A stretch of DNA of 32,950 nt from a virus (Duplodnaviria; Caudoviricetes), in IMG/VR virus record IMGVR_UViG_3300032328_000909, positions 1 to 32,950 of that record; one strand, given 5' to 3'. The notes under the pieces are model-generated. The model did not search any database, was not told where the DNA came from, and saw only the letters and a program-made list of their open reading frames with translations. Shown here piece after piece: positions 1 through 9,070 of the stretch (position 1 is its first letter; every line of letters starts with the position of its first letter). Position numbers and translations under genes: made by a program.

Positions 1-758
1 CTAATCCGTCCGTATCAGAGGTCCTAGAAGAAGCCACGCGCCGCGCCTTGCAGGGTGTCTATACGGCGCTACCTGCGACGGTAGAGAGCTACGATCCCGT
101 AACCCAGACCGCGGATTGCAAGCCAAGCATCAAGCGCCGTCTTGTGCTCTCCGATGGGAGCGCAGAATACCAAGAGCTCCCCGTGATCCCCAAGGTCCCG
201 GTATCTTTCCCGAGGGGCGGGGGCTTCGTGCTTTCCGTCCCCCTCGAGAAAGGGGATCGCGTTGTGCTCGTGTTCTCACATTCGGCCCTCGGGGAGTGGC
301 AAGCCTCGGGGGAGGCGTCTTCTCCCGTGGATGCCACGTTGCACGGGCTCGGGTCTTGTTTCGCGATCCTCGGGGGCTATCCGATCCCCGAACCCCTAGC
401 GCCCGCAGACCTTGCGGCACGTTCGGCGGGAGCGGTCTTCGGCTTGGACGGGGCGCCCGAGCAAATCCGGATCTCCGATGCGCAGAAAATACAGCTAGGG
501 GGGCAAGCTGCGGTTATCCCCGTAGTGCTCGAGACCCCCTTACTTGCGCACATTGCGGCGCAATCCGCTGCGCTCTCGGGCATTCAGGCTTCGCTAGTAG
601 GGCTGCAAGCATTCGGGGACGCCTTGAACCTTTTGCTAGCGGGGGCTGCGGCGCCCGCTTCGGCTGCGTCTTTGGCGCTGATCACGGCTTCGGGCGTTAC
701 GGTAGGCACGGGCTCCGCGGTGCCCGTCGTAGGCGCCACGCTGGTCAAAGGTATCTGA
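1..758 (+). CDS. Baseplate spike / Gp138-like protein (5' truncated at the window edge)
   Basis: Frame is open from position 3 (NPSVSEVLEEATRRALQGVYTALPATVESYDP). The pattern 'TALPATVESYD..TQTADCKP...LPVIPKVPVSFPRGGGF..SVPLEKGDRVVLVF' is typical of the Gp138 N-terminal fold. Lies upstream of wedge and J genes. Confidence 0.85.
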   Translation, partial: NPSVSEVLEEATRRALQGVYTALPATVESYDPVTQTADCKPSIKRRLVLSDGSAEYQELPVIPKVPVSFPRGGGFVLSVPLEKGDRVVLVFSHSALGEWQASGEASSPVDATLHGLGSCFAILGGYPIPEPLAPADLAARSAGAVFGLDGAPEQIRISDAQKIQLGGQAAVIPVVLETPLLAHIAAQSAALSGIQASLVGLQAFGDALNLLLAGAAAPASAASLALITASGVTVGTGSAVPVVGATLVKGI

Positions 759-779
759 CCTCGGGGCCTAGCCTTGCCC

Positions 780-1160
780 GTGTCTACGTTCGCGCAAACA
801 TCCGAGGGGGATATGGCCCTCACGAACGGGCGGCTAGTGCTCGAGACGGATCCCGCGCGCGTTGCGGCTATCACCTTGCGTAACAAGTTCCTGCGCTGGA
901 AAGGTTCGTGGTTCCTAGATACCGAGGAAGGGATCCCCTACTTGCGGCACGTGCTCAAGAAGGGCGCAGACCTCGGGGTAGTGCGGAAGATCTTCGAGAA
1001 AGTGATCCTTGGTACCGCGTTCGTCGCGTCTATCGAGAGCCTTTCTCTTTCGCTCTCGTCCACGCGCGTCTTGCTCTTGGACTTCCGGGCTATCTGCGAA
1101 GACGGGCGCGCAATCGTGGGCGGTATTGGTGATCGGTTCGTTGTCGAGGTCGAAGAATGA
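780..1160 (+). CDS. Baseplate wedge protein (gp25/gpW/gp46-like)
   Basis: 'LRNKFLRWKGSWFLDTEEGIPY' motif; lies between spike and J-like genes. GTG start at 780 inferred from the upstream TAGCCT motif; ATGA overlap with the next gene. Confidence 0.8.
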   Translation: MSTFAQTSEGDMALTNGRLVLETDPARVAAITLRNKFLRWKGSWFLDTEEGIPYLRHVLKKGADLGVVRKIFEKVILGTAFVASIESLSLSLSSTRVLLLDFRAICEDGRAIVGGIGDRFVVEVEE

Positions 1161-2335
1161 GCGTTACCCCTACAGGCTTGGTTACCCCTACGGTAGAAGA
1201 GATCCGCGCGGAGATCGTGGCAGACCTCCTAGCGAACGTGGACCCCGCACTAGACCTCTCGGCTAACCAACCCTTGGGGCAGATCGTAGGCATCTTCGCG
1301 GCGAAGCTGGCCAATGCCTATGAGCTCGTGACCGTGGCATACAACGCCTTCAACCCCGCAGCCTCCGAGGGCTTCGCGCTCGAGACCGTATCAGCGATCA
1401 CGGGCACCGTACGGCAAGCGGCTACGCGCTCCCGTGTCTTGTGCACCGTCAACTTGAACGTGGGTTTCACGGCGCTTGCGGGAACCATGTTCGGGCACAT
1501 TGCGGGCTACCCGGACGTGCTCTTTCGGAATGAAGCGGCTATAGGTCCCGTGGGTTCGACGGGGGATTACCCCCTCTGGTTCGAAGCCGTGGACTTCGGG
1601 CCCATCGTGGCGAACGCGGGCACCCTCGAAGAGATTGCCACGCCCCTATCAGGCTGGAATTCGATCACGAACGCAGACGACGCAGCGCTAGGGCTAGAGG
1701 AAGACACGGACGAAGCCTTGCGGCTGCGGCGCCTCGAGGAACTTGCAGCGGGGGGCGGGAGCACGCCCGATGCGGTGCGAGCGGACGTGCTGCAAGTGGA
1801 AGGCGTAGAGCAAGCTTACGTCTTTGAGAATTACTCGGATGTAGAAGTGGACGGGATACCCTCGAAGGCTATCGAGGTGCTCGTATATGACGGCTTGATC
1901 CCCGCAGCCGCTAACGCAGATATCCGTGCGGCGATCTGGAAAAACAAGGGTTCCGGGGTACAGACCCACGGCGCAGTTACGGGCACCACTCCCGATAGCG
2001 AAGGCGTGGATCGCATCGTGAACTTCTCGAGGTCCACGCAAAAACCTCTGTACTTGCAGTACACGATCACCGTCGATCCCGCGATCTACCCGAGCAACGG
2101 CGCAGACCTCGTGAAAGCTGCAGCTGCGGCACGCGTGGCAGCTACGCAGGGCTTGGGCTCTGATGTGATCGCCCTCGCTTACAGGGCCGAAGCGCTTACG
2201 GTTCCGGGCGTGGTCGATGTGACGGACTTCCGGCTAGGGTTCACGGCTAGCCCCTCGGGGATCGCGAACCTTTCGATTAGCTCCCGCGAGATCGCAACCC
2301 TAGATACTTCTGACGTAACGGTAGCCCTGGGATGA
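1157..2335 (+). CDS. Baseplate J/gp47-like protein
   Basis: 392 aa with 'FNPAASEGFALE', 'GLEEDTDEALRLR' and 'VEGVEQAYVFEN' patterns; baseplate synteny. Confidence 0.9.
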   Translation: MSVTPTGLVTPTVEEIRAEIVADLLANVDPALDLSANQPLGQIVGIFAAKLANAYELVTVAYNAFNPAASEGFALETVSAITGTVRQAATRSRVLCTVNLNVGFTALAGTMFGHIAGYPDVLFRNEAAIGPVGSTGDYPLWFEAVDFGPIVANAGTLEEIATPLSGWNSITNADDAALGLEEDTDEALRLRRLEELAAGGGSTPDAVRADVLQVEGVEQAYVFENYSDVEVDGIPSKAIEVLVYDGLIPAAANADIRAAIWKNKGSGVQTHGAVTGTTPDSEGVDRIVNFSRSTQKPLYLQYTITVDPAIYPSNGADLVKAAAAARVAATQGLGSDVIALAYRAEALTVPGVVDVTDFRLGFTASPSGIANLSISSREIATLDTSDVTVALG

Positions 2336-3639
2336 TCCCTTCGGAAGACCTCACCTACGAAGCGGCTAGCGTTGCGCTCCTAACGGATGCGTTCCGTGGC
2401 AAGCTTGTTACCGAGGGGATCTTGCGTGCCCTGGCGAAGCGGCTGCAAGCCTTGGAGTCTCTCACGTGGGACGTGCTCGAGGCACGCCAGCTAGATAGCG
2501 CCGTGGGCGATCAGCTAGACGGGATTGGAGCGATTGTAGCCGAGCCCCGCCTACTCCGCTCCGATGCGGACTACCGCACGGCTATCAAGATCAAGGTGCG
2601 CGTGCTCAAGAGCCAAGGGCGCTCGGAGGATATGATCACCGTTGCATCGCTCGCAGCTACGGCGAACGGCAACGCGGATCCCATCGAATACCGGGAAGGG
2701 CCCAAGCTAGATCACGAGACGACGGTTCTACCGTTCCCCGCCTCGGGCAAGTACCTTGCGGGGCTGCTAGGCAAAACGCGTATGGCGGGGTCCTATGGCA
2801 CCCTCGTTTCGGGAGACCGCGCAGACCATGCCACGGCTCTAGCAAGCTTCGGCTGGTCCGGGGATGCTGGCATCGGGGGGCGCTTCGCATGGTCCGAAGG
2901 TGCGGACCTCGAGCTATTCGCCAAGGCTTGGCACCTCCCCCCGCGCACCGTAACGGTAGGGGCTTATCCCGCGTGGACCCCGGCTAGCCCCTCGAGCCCG
3001 TTGCGTATGTGGCTACGGGGAGACAGTGCCGCGGATTTTGGCACCTTCATATGGTCTGACCTTGCGCCGGGAGCTCGTAGGCCGCAAGCCGAGACGGCTA
3101 ACCCGCCTCCCGTGATCGTGCCCAACGATCCTGATTACAACTTCGCGCCCGTCGTAGAATTCGACGGCACGAACGATCTGGATAGCGCTCTCTGGCTTGA
3201 CTACTTCCCGATCAGGGGGAAGCGAACCTTTCTTCTGGTAGGTGACGCCACCCTGGGCTCGGCTTTCTTCTCGAGCGCCACGGATTCCTTTGTGCTAGGG
3301 CACACGGGGGGCGTGGTCGAATGGCTCTCGGGCTCTAGCAACCCCGTAGGCACTACGGAAGACCCTTCTACGCCTTGCGCGATCTTGATCGCGGACACGG
3401 GCGCGGCTGCGTCGCTGTACGTGAACAATTTCGCCACGCCCGAGGATACCTCCGCTGCTACCAGCGCTCCGATCACTTCGGACTTCGGGCTAGGGTCGAA
3501 CGCATACGGGGGGCTTGCAAAGCTCACGGGTAGGATCGCAGAGGTAGCGATCTGGAACGGGGAGCTTACTGCGAAGGACCTACGGGAGCTCTCCGCTTAC
3601 TTGCTCGCTAGGTATGGTCTCACCGTACCCGCGCCCTAG
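2332..3639 (+). CDS. DUF2612-like baseplate protein fused to a C-terminal LamG/ConA-like domain
   Basis: N-terminal 'LDSAVGDQLDGIGAIVAEPR..SDADYRTAIK'. C-terminal 'MWLRGD...WSDL...VEFDGTND...GRIAEVAIWNGELT...LSAYLLARYGL'. Confidence 0.7.
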   Translation: MIPSEDLTYEAASVALLTDAFRGKLVTEGILRALAKRLQALESLTWDVLEARQLDSAVGDQLDGIGAIVAEPRLLRSDADYRTAIKIKVRVLKSQGRSEDMITVASLAATANGNADPIEYREGPKLDHETTVLPFPASGKYLAGLLGKTRMAGSYGTLVSGDRADHATALASFGWSGDAGIGGRFAWSEGADLELFAKAWHLPPRTVTVGAYPAWTPASPSSPLRMWLRGDSAADFGTFIWSDLAPGARRPQAETANPPPVIVPNDPDYNFAPVVEFDGTNDLDSALWLDYFPIRGKRTFLLVGDATLGSAFFSSATDSFVLGHTGGVVEWLSGSSNPVGTTEDPSTPCAILIADTGAAASLYVNNFATPEDTSAATSAPITSDFGLGSNAYGGLAKLTGRIAEVAIWNGELTAKDLRELSAYLLARYGLTVPAP

Positions 3640-3647
3640 GCTTCGGC

Positions 3648-4931
3648 GTGTCACGCCCCGCAGACCCCTCCTACGCAACGCCCACTTGGGCAGCTACCGC
3701 AACGTACCCCGCTGGTCCCGAGGATTGGGCCGGGAGCAATACGAAGGTGGCCCCCCCGGGGGATTACTTCGTTCCTGAATCGCGAATCCCCGCGGACTAC
3801 TTGAACGATCTCTTTCAGAAGTCCTTACAGGGCTCCGTGAATGCGAAGGTGGAACTTGTCTCGATCATTCAGTACGTTGGACAAGCGCCCTTCCAGAACT
3901 TCCGCACCGCGGTAGCGATCACAGGGGGTGCGAATTCTCTGCTCTGGTCCCCCTACGAGGGGCACTGGTACTCTCTTGGATCCACGGACAACGTGCGCCG
4001 TTCGAACGATCAGGGCACTACCTGGTCTGCGGCTTCTGAGGTCTCGGGAGGCACTCCGCGCAACGTAGCTAAAGGTGCAGTGTCCCCTTCGGAGATCGTG
4101 GCGCTTACGTTGGGATCTCGGGACGTGTACCGCAAAAGCGGGGGCTCTTGGACGAAGCACGTAAACGCTCTAGCCGTGGCCCCTACAAACCTCACAACGC
4201 CCCGAATCGTTTACGACGCGGATAGCTCTCTCTTTATCGCGGCGTATCACAACGGCGGAACTATCGCTATCGAGACGAGCCCCACGGGCGTTACGTGGAC
4301 ACCCCGATCACTCCCGGGCGCCTGGGCTGCGGGACACTCGAGGCACGGGATCGTAACCCACGGGGGACGTACGGTGCTCGTAGCTCGCAAGGATGCGACC
4401 ACTACGGAAAGCTCCGTAGCCACCTCAGACGACGGGGGCTTGACGTGGACGGCCCGCACGGACCTTACACACGTTGATATCCCGAACACTGGCGCCGCAG
4501 CCGTCTACTTGGACGAGAACACCTATCTAGACGTTCTCGGAGGGGGTGCGGAAGGCTTCATGTATACCGCAGCCGATACCGTAGTAGGCGGGGGGGAGGT
4601 GCTCCTTTCCACGGACGGGGGGGAGACGTTCACCTCAAAACTTACCTACGGAACGGGCAGGGTTCTAGTGAACCCCCTCCCGTTCGGCGCGGCGTGGGTC
4701 GCCATGACCGGCACGCCCGCGGGGCTTTTTGCATTACAATTCACGTCAGAAGCCCGGCTATTGTATTCGCTCACGGAAGGCGCCACTTGGCTTGACTCAG
4801 GGTATGACGTACCCAGTACGGGCTTGCAGTGCCTTGTCCCCTGCGAAGGGGGCTTCGCGCTCTACACGAACGTGGGGGGGGCTCGTATGGGCTTTCGCTT
4901 CGGCGCAGCAGGGCGCGAAGTGATCGCCTAA
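3648..4931 (+). CDS. Tail fibre / receptor-binding protein with BNR (Asp-box) repeats
   Basis: Asp-box-like motifs SNDQGTTW, SPTGVTW, SDDGGLTW, STDGGETF and SLTEGATW. N-terminal 'IPADYLNDLF' fibre-attachment-like segment; follows the baseplate genes. Confidence 0.7.
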   Translation: MSRPADPSYATPTWAATATYPAGPEDWAGSNTKVAPPGDYFVPESRIPADYLNDLFQKSLQGSVNAKVELVSIIQYVGQAPFQNFRTAVAITGGANSLLWSPYEGHWYSLGSTDNVRRSNDQGTTWSAASEVSGGTPRNVAKGAVSPSEIVALTLGSRDVYRKSGGSWTKHVNALAVAPTNLTTPRIVYDADSSLFIAAYHNGGTIAIETSPTGVTWTPRSLPGAWAAGHSRHGIVTHGGRTVLVARKDATTTESSVATSDDGGLTWTARTDLTHVDIPNTGAAAVYLDENTYLDVLGGGAEGFMYTAADTVVGGGEVLLSTDGGETFTSKLTYGTGRVLVNPLPFGAAWVAMTGTPAGLFALQFTSEARLLYSLTEGATWLDSGYDVPSTGLQCLVPCEGGFALYTNVGGARMGFRFGAAGREVIA

Positions 4932-5266
4932 TCCTCGAAGGGGGAGGGCAGCCCCTTATGCAAAGCGAGATCGGAGATCTTGCGACGTGTCACGGCGCCC
5001 GGGAGGGTCTCACCTTTGGCCCAACGGCGCACTTGATTGTGCTGTTCAGGGCGTAGACCTACCGCGACTACGAGACCCTCGAGACCTCCGTACGCATCGA
5101 AGAGCCTTACCCAGATCTCGGGGTACAGGTCTTGATAGATCACGGGGCGCCCGCGCTTCTTCGTCTCTTCCACACGCATCGCGGGGAGCCTAGCGAAAGC
5201 CTTGGGCTTGGCTCGGGGCGTGCCTTTGATTGCGCTCTTCTTGGCGCCTCGGGTCTTCGTGGCCAT
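4928..5266 (-). CDS. Small basic protein, possible Cro/XRE-like HTH
   Basis: Basic N-terminus and 'GLEGLVVAVGL....QVRRWAKGETLP'; stop codon overlaps the convergent fibre gene stop. Confidence 0.5.
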   Translation of the reverse strand: MATKTRGAKKSAIKGTPRAKPKAFARLPAMRVEETKKRGRPVIYQDLYPEIWVRLFDAYGGLEGLVVAVGLRPEQHNQVRRWAKGETLPGAVTRRKISDLALHKGLPSPFED

Positions 5267-5275
5267 GCATGAGGT

Positions 5276-5722
5276 CTAACCCGCTCTGCGCCAAAGTTCC
5301 ACGGCAAAAGCCCACTTTGCGAGCCCGATAGCGTCGATCACATTGTTTCTTTTTGAGGGGGCTACGGACTTTGTTAGGTGCTCGTAGGTCCCTAACTCCC
5401 GAGGATCTAGCGTGCGAAGCACTCGTGCATTATGCACGCCCTTGTCTACTTGGCCCTTCCACTCCGCAGGCTTGACGGTGATCACACGCGCCCCTGCTTG
5501 CTGATACCTCTCGCGGTAACCTCCCGCTTGAAGCGCCAAGGTGATCAGATCGTTAGGGTCCCCTTTGCTCTTCCGGTAGATCTGCGGCACCTCGATAACT
5601 ACGAGGTCCCCCGGGCCGGGTACGCCCGCGAGCTCCCCGAGCCCGCACCAAGCAAGCGCCCCGCCCTCTACGAGACACGCGAAGCCTGTAGCTAGCCCGG
5701 GGTCCACGCCGAAGATCTGCAT
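5276..5722 (-). CDS. RuvC-like Holliday junction resolvase
   Basis: 'IFGVDPG', 'VVIEVP', 'PAEWKG' and 'NVIDAIGLA' give the D-E-D acidic set of the RuvC/RNase H fold. Confidence 0.8.
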   Translation of the reverse strand: MQIFGVDPGLATGFACLVEGGALAWCGLGELAGVPGPGDLVVIEVPQIYRKSKGDPNDLITLALQAGGYRERYQQAGARVITVKPAEWKGQVDKGVHNARVLRTLDPRELGTYEHLTKSVAPSKRNNVIDAIGLAKWAFAVELWRRAG

Positions 5723-5754
5723 GCCGATCCTCTACCCCGAGGGCTGCGCGTTGT

Positions 5755-6303
5755 TCAGTCTTCGCGGGATACTTTTTTCAGAAGCTCTTGATAGTGCGCC
5801 CTCTCTTCGGGCGTGAGCTTGGAAAAGTCAAAATCCGTTTCGATGTGCTCCGTGCTTTGCCCGCGCTCGAGGCGATCAAGCTTTACCGAAACGTCTACAA
5901 GACGAGTGATCTGCGCCAAGGTGAAGGGCCCAGGCATCTCCCCGGATTCCTGGGATAGCCGGTCAAGCTTGGCGAGCTCCCGCCCCGCAAGACTCTTAGC
6001 AGAAGCCAAGATGCGCAGCCGCTGCGCCGTCGTATCCCTGGCGTCTTCCTTTAGGAGTGCTTCGCGCTCTTCGTCTTTGATGCTCTCGAGGTGCCTATCG
6101 AATTCCCGCACGCGCTCCCGCCATGCGTACGCGTTCGCCCACTCGTAGATGCGTTGCACTTGGCCACCTACGCGTGGGATAGACCGCGGGCCCACTTGAT
6201 CCCTGTACGCTTGGAAAGCGCGCCACGCGTCTTCGGGCTCCGCTTCGAGACGGTGCCAGGGCTTGTGCGCCTCTTTCCAGCGCTCCCGGGTTGCCTTGCT
6301 CAC
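5755..6303 (-). CDS. Putative terminase small subunit-like protein
   Basis: 'PWHRLEAEPEDAWRAFQAYRD..PRS...EWANAYAWRERVREFD' resembles a phage family usually found beside terL; C-terminal 'DFSKLTPEE'. GTG at 6303 overlaps the upstream TGA (GTGA). Confidence 0.6.
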   Translation of the reverse strand: MSKATRERWKEAHKPWHRLEAEPEDAWRAFQAYRDQVGPRSIPRVGGQVQRIYEWANAYAWRERVREFDRHLESIKDEEREALLKEDARDTTAQRLRILASAKSLAGRELAKLDRLSQESGEMPGPFTLAQITRLVDVSVKLDRLERGQSTEHIETDFDFSKLTPEERAHYQELLKKVSRED

Positions 6304-6479
6304 GGGGTAGCCTCTTGCAAGAAGCCCCACGTGCGGCCCTTGCAGATCCTGTAGACAGTCCCGAGGGAAAGCGAGAGCTCCCGAGAGATCTTGTCATAGG
6401 TCCAACCCCCCGCGCGTAGCTCGAGCACGCGGCGTGCGCCGTTCTCTCGGAGCCTTCCCTTTGGGGTTTTGTACGGCAT
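6300..6479 (-). CDS. 59-aa HTH DNA-binding protein (absent from the ORF track)
   Basis: Hand translation: MPYKTPKGRLRENGARRVLELRAGGWTYDKISRELSLSLGTVYRICKGRTWGFLQEATP. HTH pattern 'GWTYDKISRELSLSLGTVYRI'; coupled to the TerS-like gene. Confidence 0.75.
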   Translation of the reverse strand: MPYKTPKGRLRENGARRVLELRAGGWTYDKISRELSLSLGTVYRICKGRTWGFLQEATP

Positions 6480-6486
6480 GTGCCAA

Positions 6487-6496
6487 AGCCTAGCCT
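6487..6496. promoter_or_regulatory. Overlapping divergent -10-like elements (TAGCCT on +, TAGGCT on -)
   Basis: In the 22-bp gap between the HTH and portal genes. + hexamer 6491-6496 lies 5 nt before GTG 6502; - hexamer 6492-6487 lies 7 nt before ATG 6479. Confidence 0.55.
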
Positions 6497-6501
6497 CCCG
6501 C

Positions 6502-7992
6502 GTGGGTCTACTCGAACGCGCACGCGCATACCTCTACCCGTCCCCTGCTATCACGCAAGTGATCGAACCCCCGCGGGCGCGTTCGGACGCTTGGGAGAAC
6601 GCGGCCCTTGGCTACGGGACCTCCCGCGATAAAGTGGCGCAGCTTGCCTTTGCGAGCCCCTTGCTTCTGAATGACTTCGCGATCCAAGCGATGCTGGAAA
6701 GCGATGCACTTGCAGCGAAGATCGTAGAGAAGAAGCCTAAGGAAGCGCTGCGCCGGGGGTATGACCTCGAGGGCGCGGACGCCAAGAAGATCGAAACGCT
6801 GCGGGAGCAAGCCGAGGGCTTGAACTTCGACGATGCTCTAGTGGAAGCCGTGATCGGCGCCCGCGCGTACGGTAGCGCGATCTTGCTAGTGGGGGCGAAT
6901 GACGGGCTCCCCGCAGATCAACCTTTGAACCCTCGAGGTGTGCGCAGCGTGGACTATCTCACGCCCTTGGATCGTCGCTTCGTGTCCGTGGCGCAGACGT
7001 ACCGCGAAGTGCTGCGCCCGCAATTCGGAAAGCCCGAGCTCTACAGGATCGGCGCCGAAGGGACTACGGCCCTCGTGCATGAAAGCCGCGTGCTTCGCTT
7101 CGATGGCGTGCCCGCAGACGCACGGCGCCGTATGTCGAACGGTTGGGGCTTGTCCGTCTTGCAGAGGGTCTACACGGCTCTTCAGTGGTACGTGACAAGC
7201 TATCAGTCTTCGGCGGCGTTGATGGCCGATGCGAGCCAAGCCGTGTTCACGATCAACGGGTTGATGCAGGCAATCGCCACGGACCCCGATACGCTCAAGA
7301 CGCGTATGTCCCTCGTGGATATGCAACGCTCTTCGGGCCGGGCGATCATGCTGGATTCCGAGGGCGAGAAATTCGAGAGGATCTCTACAAGCTTCTCGGG
7401 CATTCCCGAGATCTTGGATCGCATGATGCTTCTGATCTGCGCGTTCTCGGATATGCCTGCAACGATTCTTTTCGGGCGCTCTCCCGCGGGGCTTAGCGCC
7501 ACGGGGGAAAGTGATACCCGGGCTTGGTACGATGAAGTCTCTACGATGCAGACTAAGGAGCTTGAGCCCGCGGTGCGGAAGTTCTACGCCATGCTCTCGG
7601 GCGGGGATAGGGTCAAGGTTCTTTGGCAGCCCTTGAACGCCCCGAGCGCCCTCGAGAAGACGCAGCAAGACAAGGCGCAAGCCGAGACAGATCAGATCTA
7701 CATTCAAGAGGGCGTGCTCTTCCCCGAGGAAGTGGCGCTAGCCCGCTTCGGGGAGAAGCAAGGCGGGGCGATCATGATCAACGAAGAAGCCCGTACCGCT
7801 TCGCTCGAGGCAGAACTAGACATAGGAGGCAAGGCAGCCCAAGAGCTCTTCGGGTACCACTTGCAATATGGCGTGGCTACGAAGAACGAAATTCGCGCGA
7901 AGCTTGGGCTACCAGCCGAGCCCGGGGGAGATACCGCACCTCTCCCGGTAGCGGACCCAAACCAGGGCGACACGAATGCCCCGGCTCTCTAG
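6502..7992 (+). CDS. Portal protein (DUF1073 / HI1409 family)
   Basis: 'LAAKIVEKKPKEALRRG', 'ARAYGSA', 'VHESRVLRFDG', 'GWGLSVLQ', 'DMPATILFGRSPAGLSATGESDTRAWYD'. Confidence 0.92.
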   Translation: MGLLERARAYLYPSPAITQVIEPPRARSDAWENAALGYGTSRDKVAQLAFASPLLLNDFAIQAMLESDALAAKIVEKKPKEALRRGYDLEGADAKKIETLREQAEGLNFDDALVEAVIGARAYGSAILLVGANDGLPADQPLNPRGVRSVDYLTPLDRRFVSVAQTYREVLRPQFGKPELYRIGAEGTTALVHESRVLRFDGVPADARRRMSNGWGLSVLQRVYTALQWYVTSYQSSAALMADASQAVFTINGLMQAIATDPDTLKTRMSLVDMQRSSGRAIMLDSEGEKFERISTSFSGIPEILDRMMLLICAFSDMPATILFGRSPAGLSATGESDTRAWYDEVSTMQTKELEPAVRKFYAMLSGGDRVKVLWQPLNAPSALEKTQQDKAQAETDQIYIQEGVLFPEEVALARFGEKQGGAIMINEEARTASLEAELDIGGKAAQELFGYHLQYGVATKNEIRAKLGLPAEPGGDTAPLPVADPNQGDTNAPAL

Positions 7993-8722
7993 CCGCGCCA
8001 AGCGGCGCGCACTCGCGAAGCGTCTAAAGGCAAGCACCAAGGCGGAAAGGCGCTACGAGGCAGCGCTAGGGGGCTTGCTGCGGGCCGTGGAAAAGGAGAC
8101 CTTGGCTTTCCTTGGAACGAAGGGCGTGCTTCGGGGGGACGCGGTAAAGCCTCTGCGCAGCGCCTTGGAATTGCACTTCGTTAGGATGATCGCAGCGGTG
8201 CCCCGTACCGTGGCGCCGTTGTTCGACGCCATGGGCTCCGAGGTCTCGGGGGACAACGCGAAGGCGCTCGGGGTGATCGGAATCAACGCGAACGCTATGG
8301 GTATCTCTGCGACTATCGCCAAGGCTCGAGACGAGAACATTCGGCTAGTCGAAAAGGCCGTGCGGCTGTACGCAGAAGACGTGCGGGACATCTTCGACGA
8401 TCCCGAGGCGAACACTTGGCGCGTAGAAGAATTGCAAGCCCGGCTACTCGAGCGGGGGAACGTAAGCGTCTCTCGTGCGGAACTTATCGCCCGAGATCAG
8501 ACCCTCAAGACGAACGCCGCGATCACGCAAACCCGACAAGTTCAAGCGGGCGTGGAGTCCTACGAGTGGAGCACATCGCTAGACGAACGCGTCCGGGACG
8601 AACACCGCGCCCTCGAGGGGCAGCGCTTCGCGTGGAACAACCCCCCCGCCGTGGGCCACCCTGGCGAGGACTTTCAATGCCGCTGCGTTGCTATCCCGGT
8701 GATCTCGGAAGTGTACGATTAG
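7976..8722 (+). CDS. Head morphogenesis protein (Mu gpF / SPP1 gp7 family)
   Basis: 'RAELIARDQ', 'YEWSTSLDERVRDEH', 'HPGEDFQCRC'; follows the portal gene. Confidence 0.92.
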   Translation: MPRLSSRAKRRALAKRLKASTKAERRYEAALGGLLRAVEKETLAFLGTKGVLRGDAVKPLRSALELHFVRMIAAVPRTVAPLFDAMGSEVSGDNAKALGVIGINANAMGISATIAKARDENIRLVEKAVRLYAEDVRDIFDDPEANTWRVEELQARLLERGNVSVSRAELIARDQTLKTNAAITQTRQVQAGVESYEWSTSLDERVRDEHRALEGQRFAWNNPPAVGHPGEDFQCRCVAIPVISEVYD

Positions 8723-8886
8723 AGCAAGGCCGGGGGGATCGTCGAAGCGATCCCAATCTCTTCGCGCATCTCCGCGCGTTGCCCCTCGATAGTCGCGATG
8801 GCTCCCGCGAAGCGCAGCACTTCCGCAAGGGGCAAGCCTTCCTCGAGCATGCGCTCTAGCGCGTCGAATTCATCGCGGGGCTGCAC
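8719..8886 (-). CDS. Hypothetical 55-aa protein (absent from the ORF track)
   Basis: GTG start after GGAGGG; MQPRDEFDALERMLEEGLPLAEVLRFAG...PPALL. Fills the gap and its stop overlaps the gpF stop. Confidence 0.5.
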   Translation of the reverse strand: MQPRDEFDALERMLEEGLPLAEVLRFAGAIATIEGQRAEMREEIGIASTIPPALL

Positions 8887-9070
8887 GAGCTACGGCCCTC
8901 CGAAGTGCTGCAAGCTTCCAGCGTGGGATCTCTTTCCCTTGCGCAAGCCAAAGCGCAAGACGGGCTCTGAGCACTATCGGGGGTGAGTCCTTTAGCCACT
9001 CGAGGAATGCAAGATCTGCCAAGGCCCCCCTGGCATTGTTCAGGGGGTGAGGGTGCGGGTAACGGTTCAA
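8870..9070 (-). CDS. Hypothetical protein
   Basis: 66 aa; start overlaps the TerL stop (TTGA). Confidence 0.5.
   Translation of the reverse strand: MNRYPHPHPLNNARGALADLAFLEWLKDSPPIVLRARLALWLAQGKEIPRWKLAALRRAVARAAPR

Noticed and set aside
6502-7992. Anti-CBASS Acb1 call sometimes attached to DUF1073 proteins
   Set aside because: No 2H phosphoesterase domain with paired HxT motifs was seen; size and adjacency to gpF indicate a portal.
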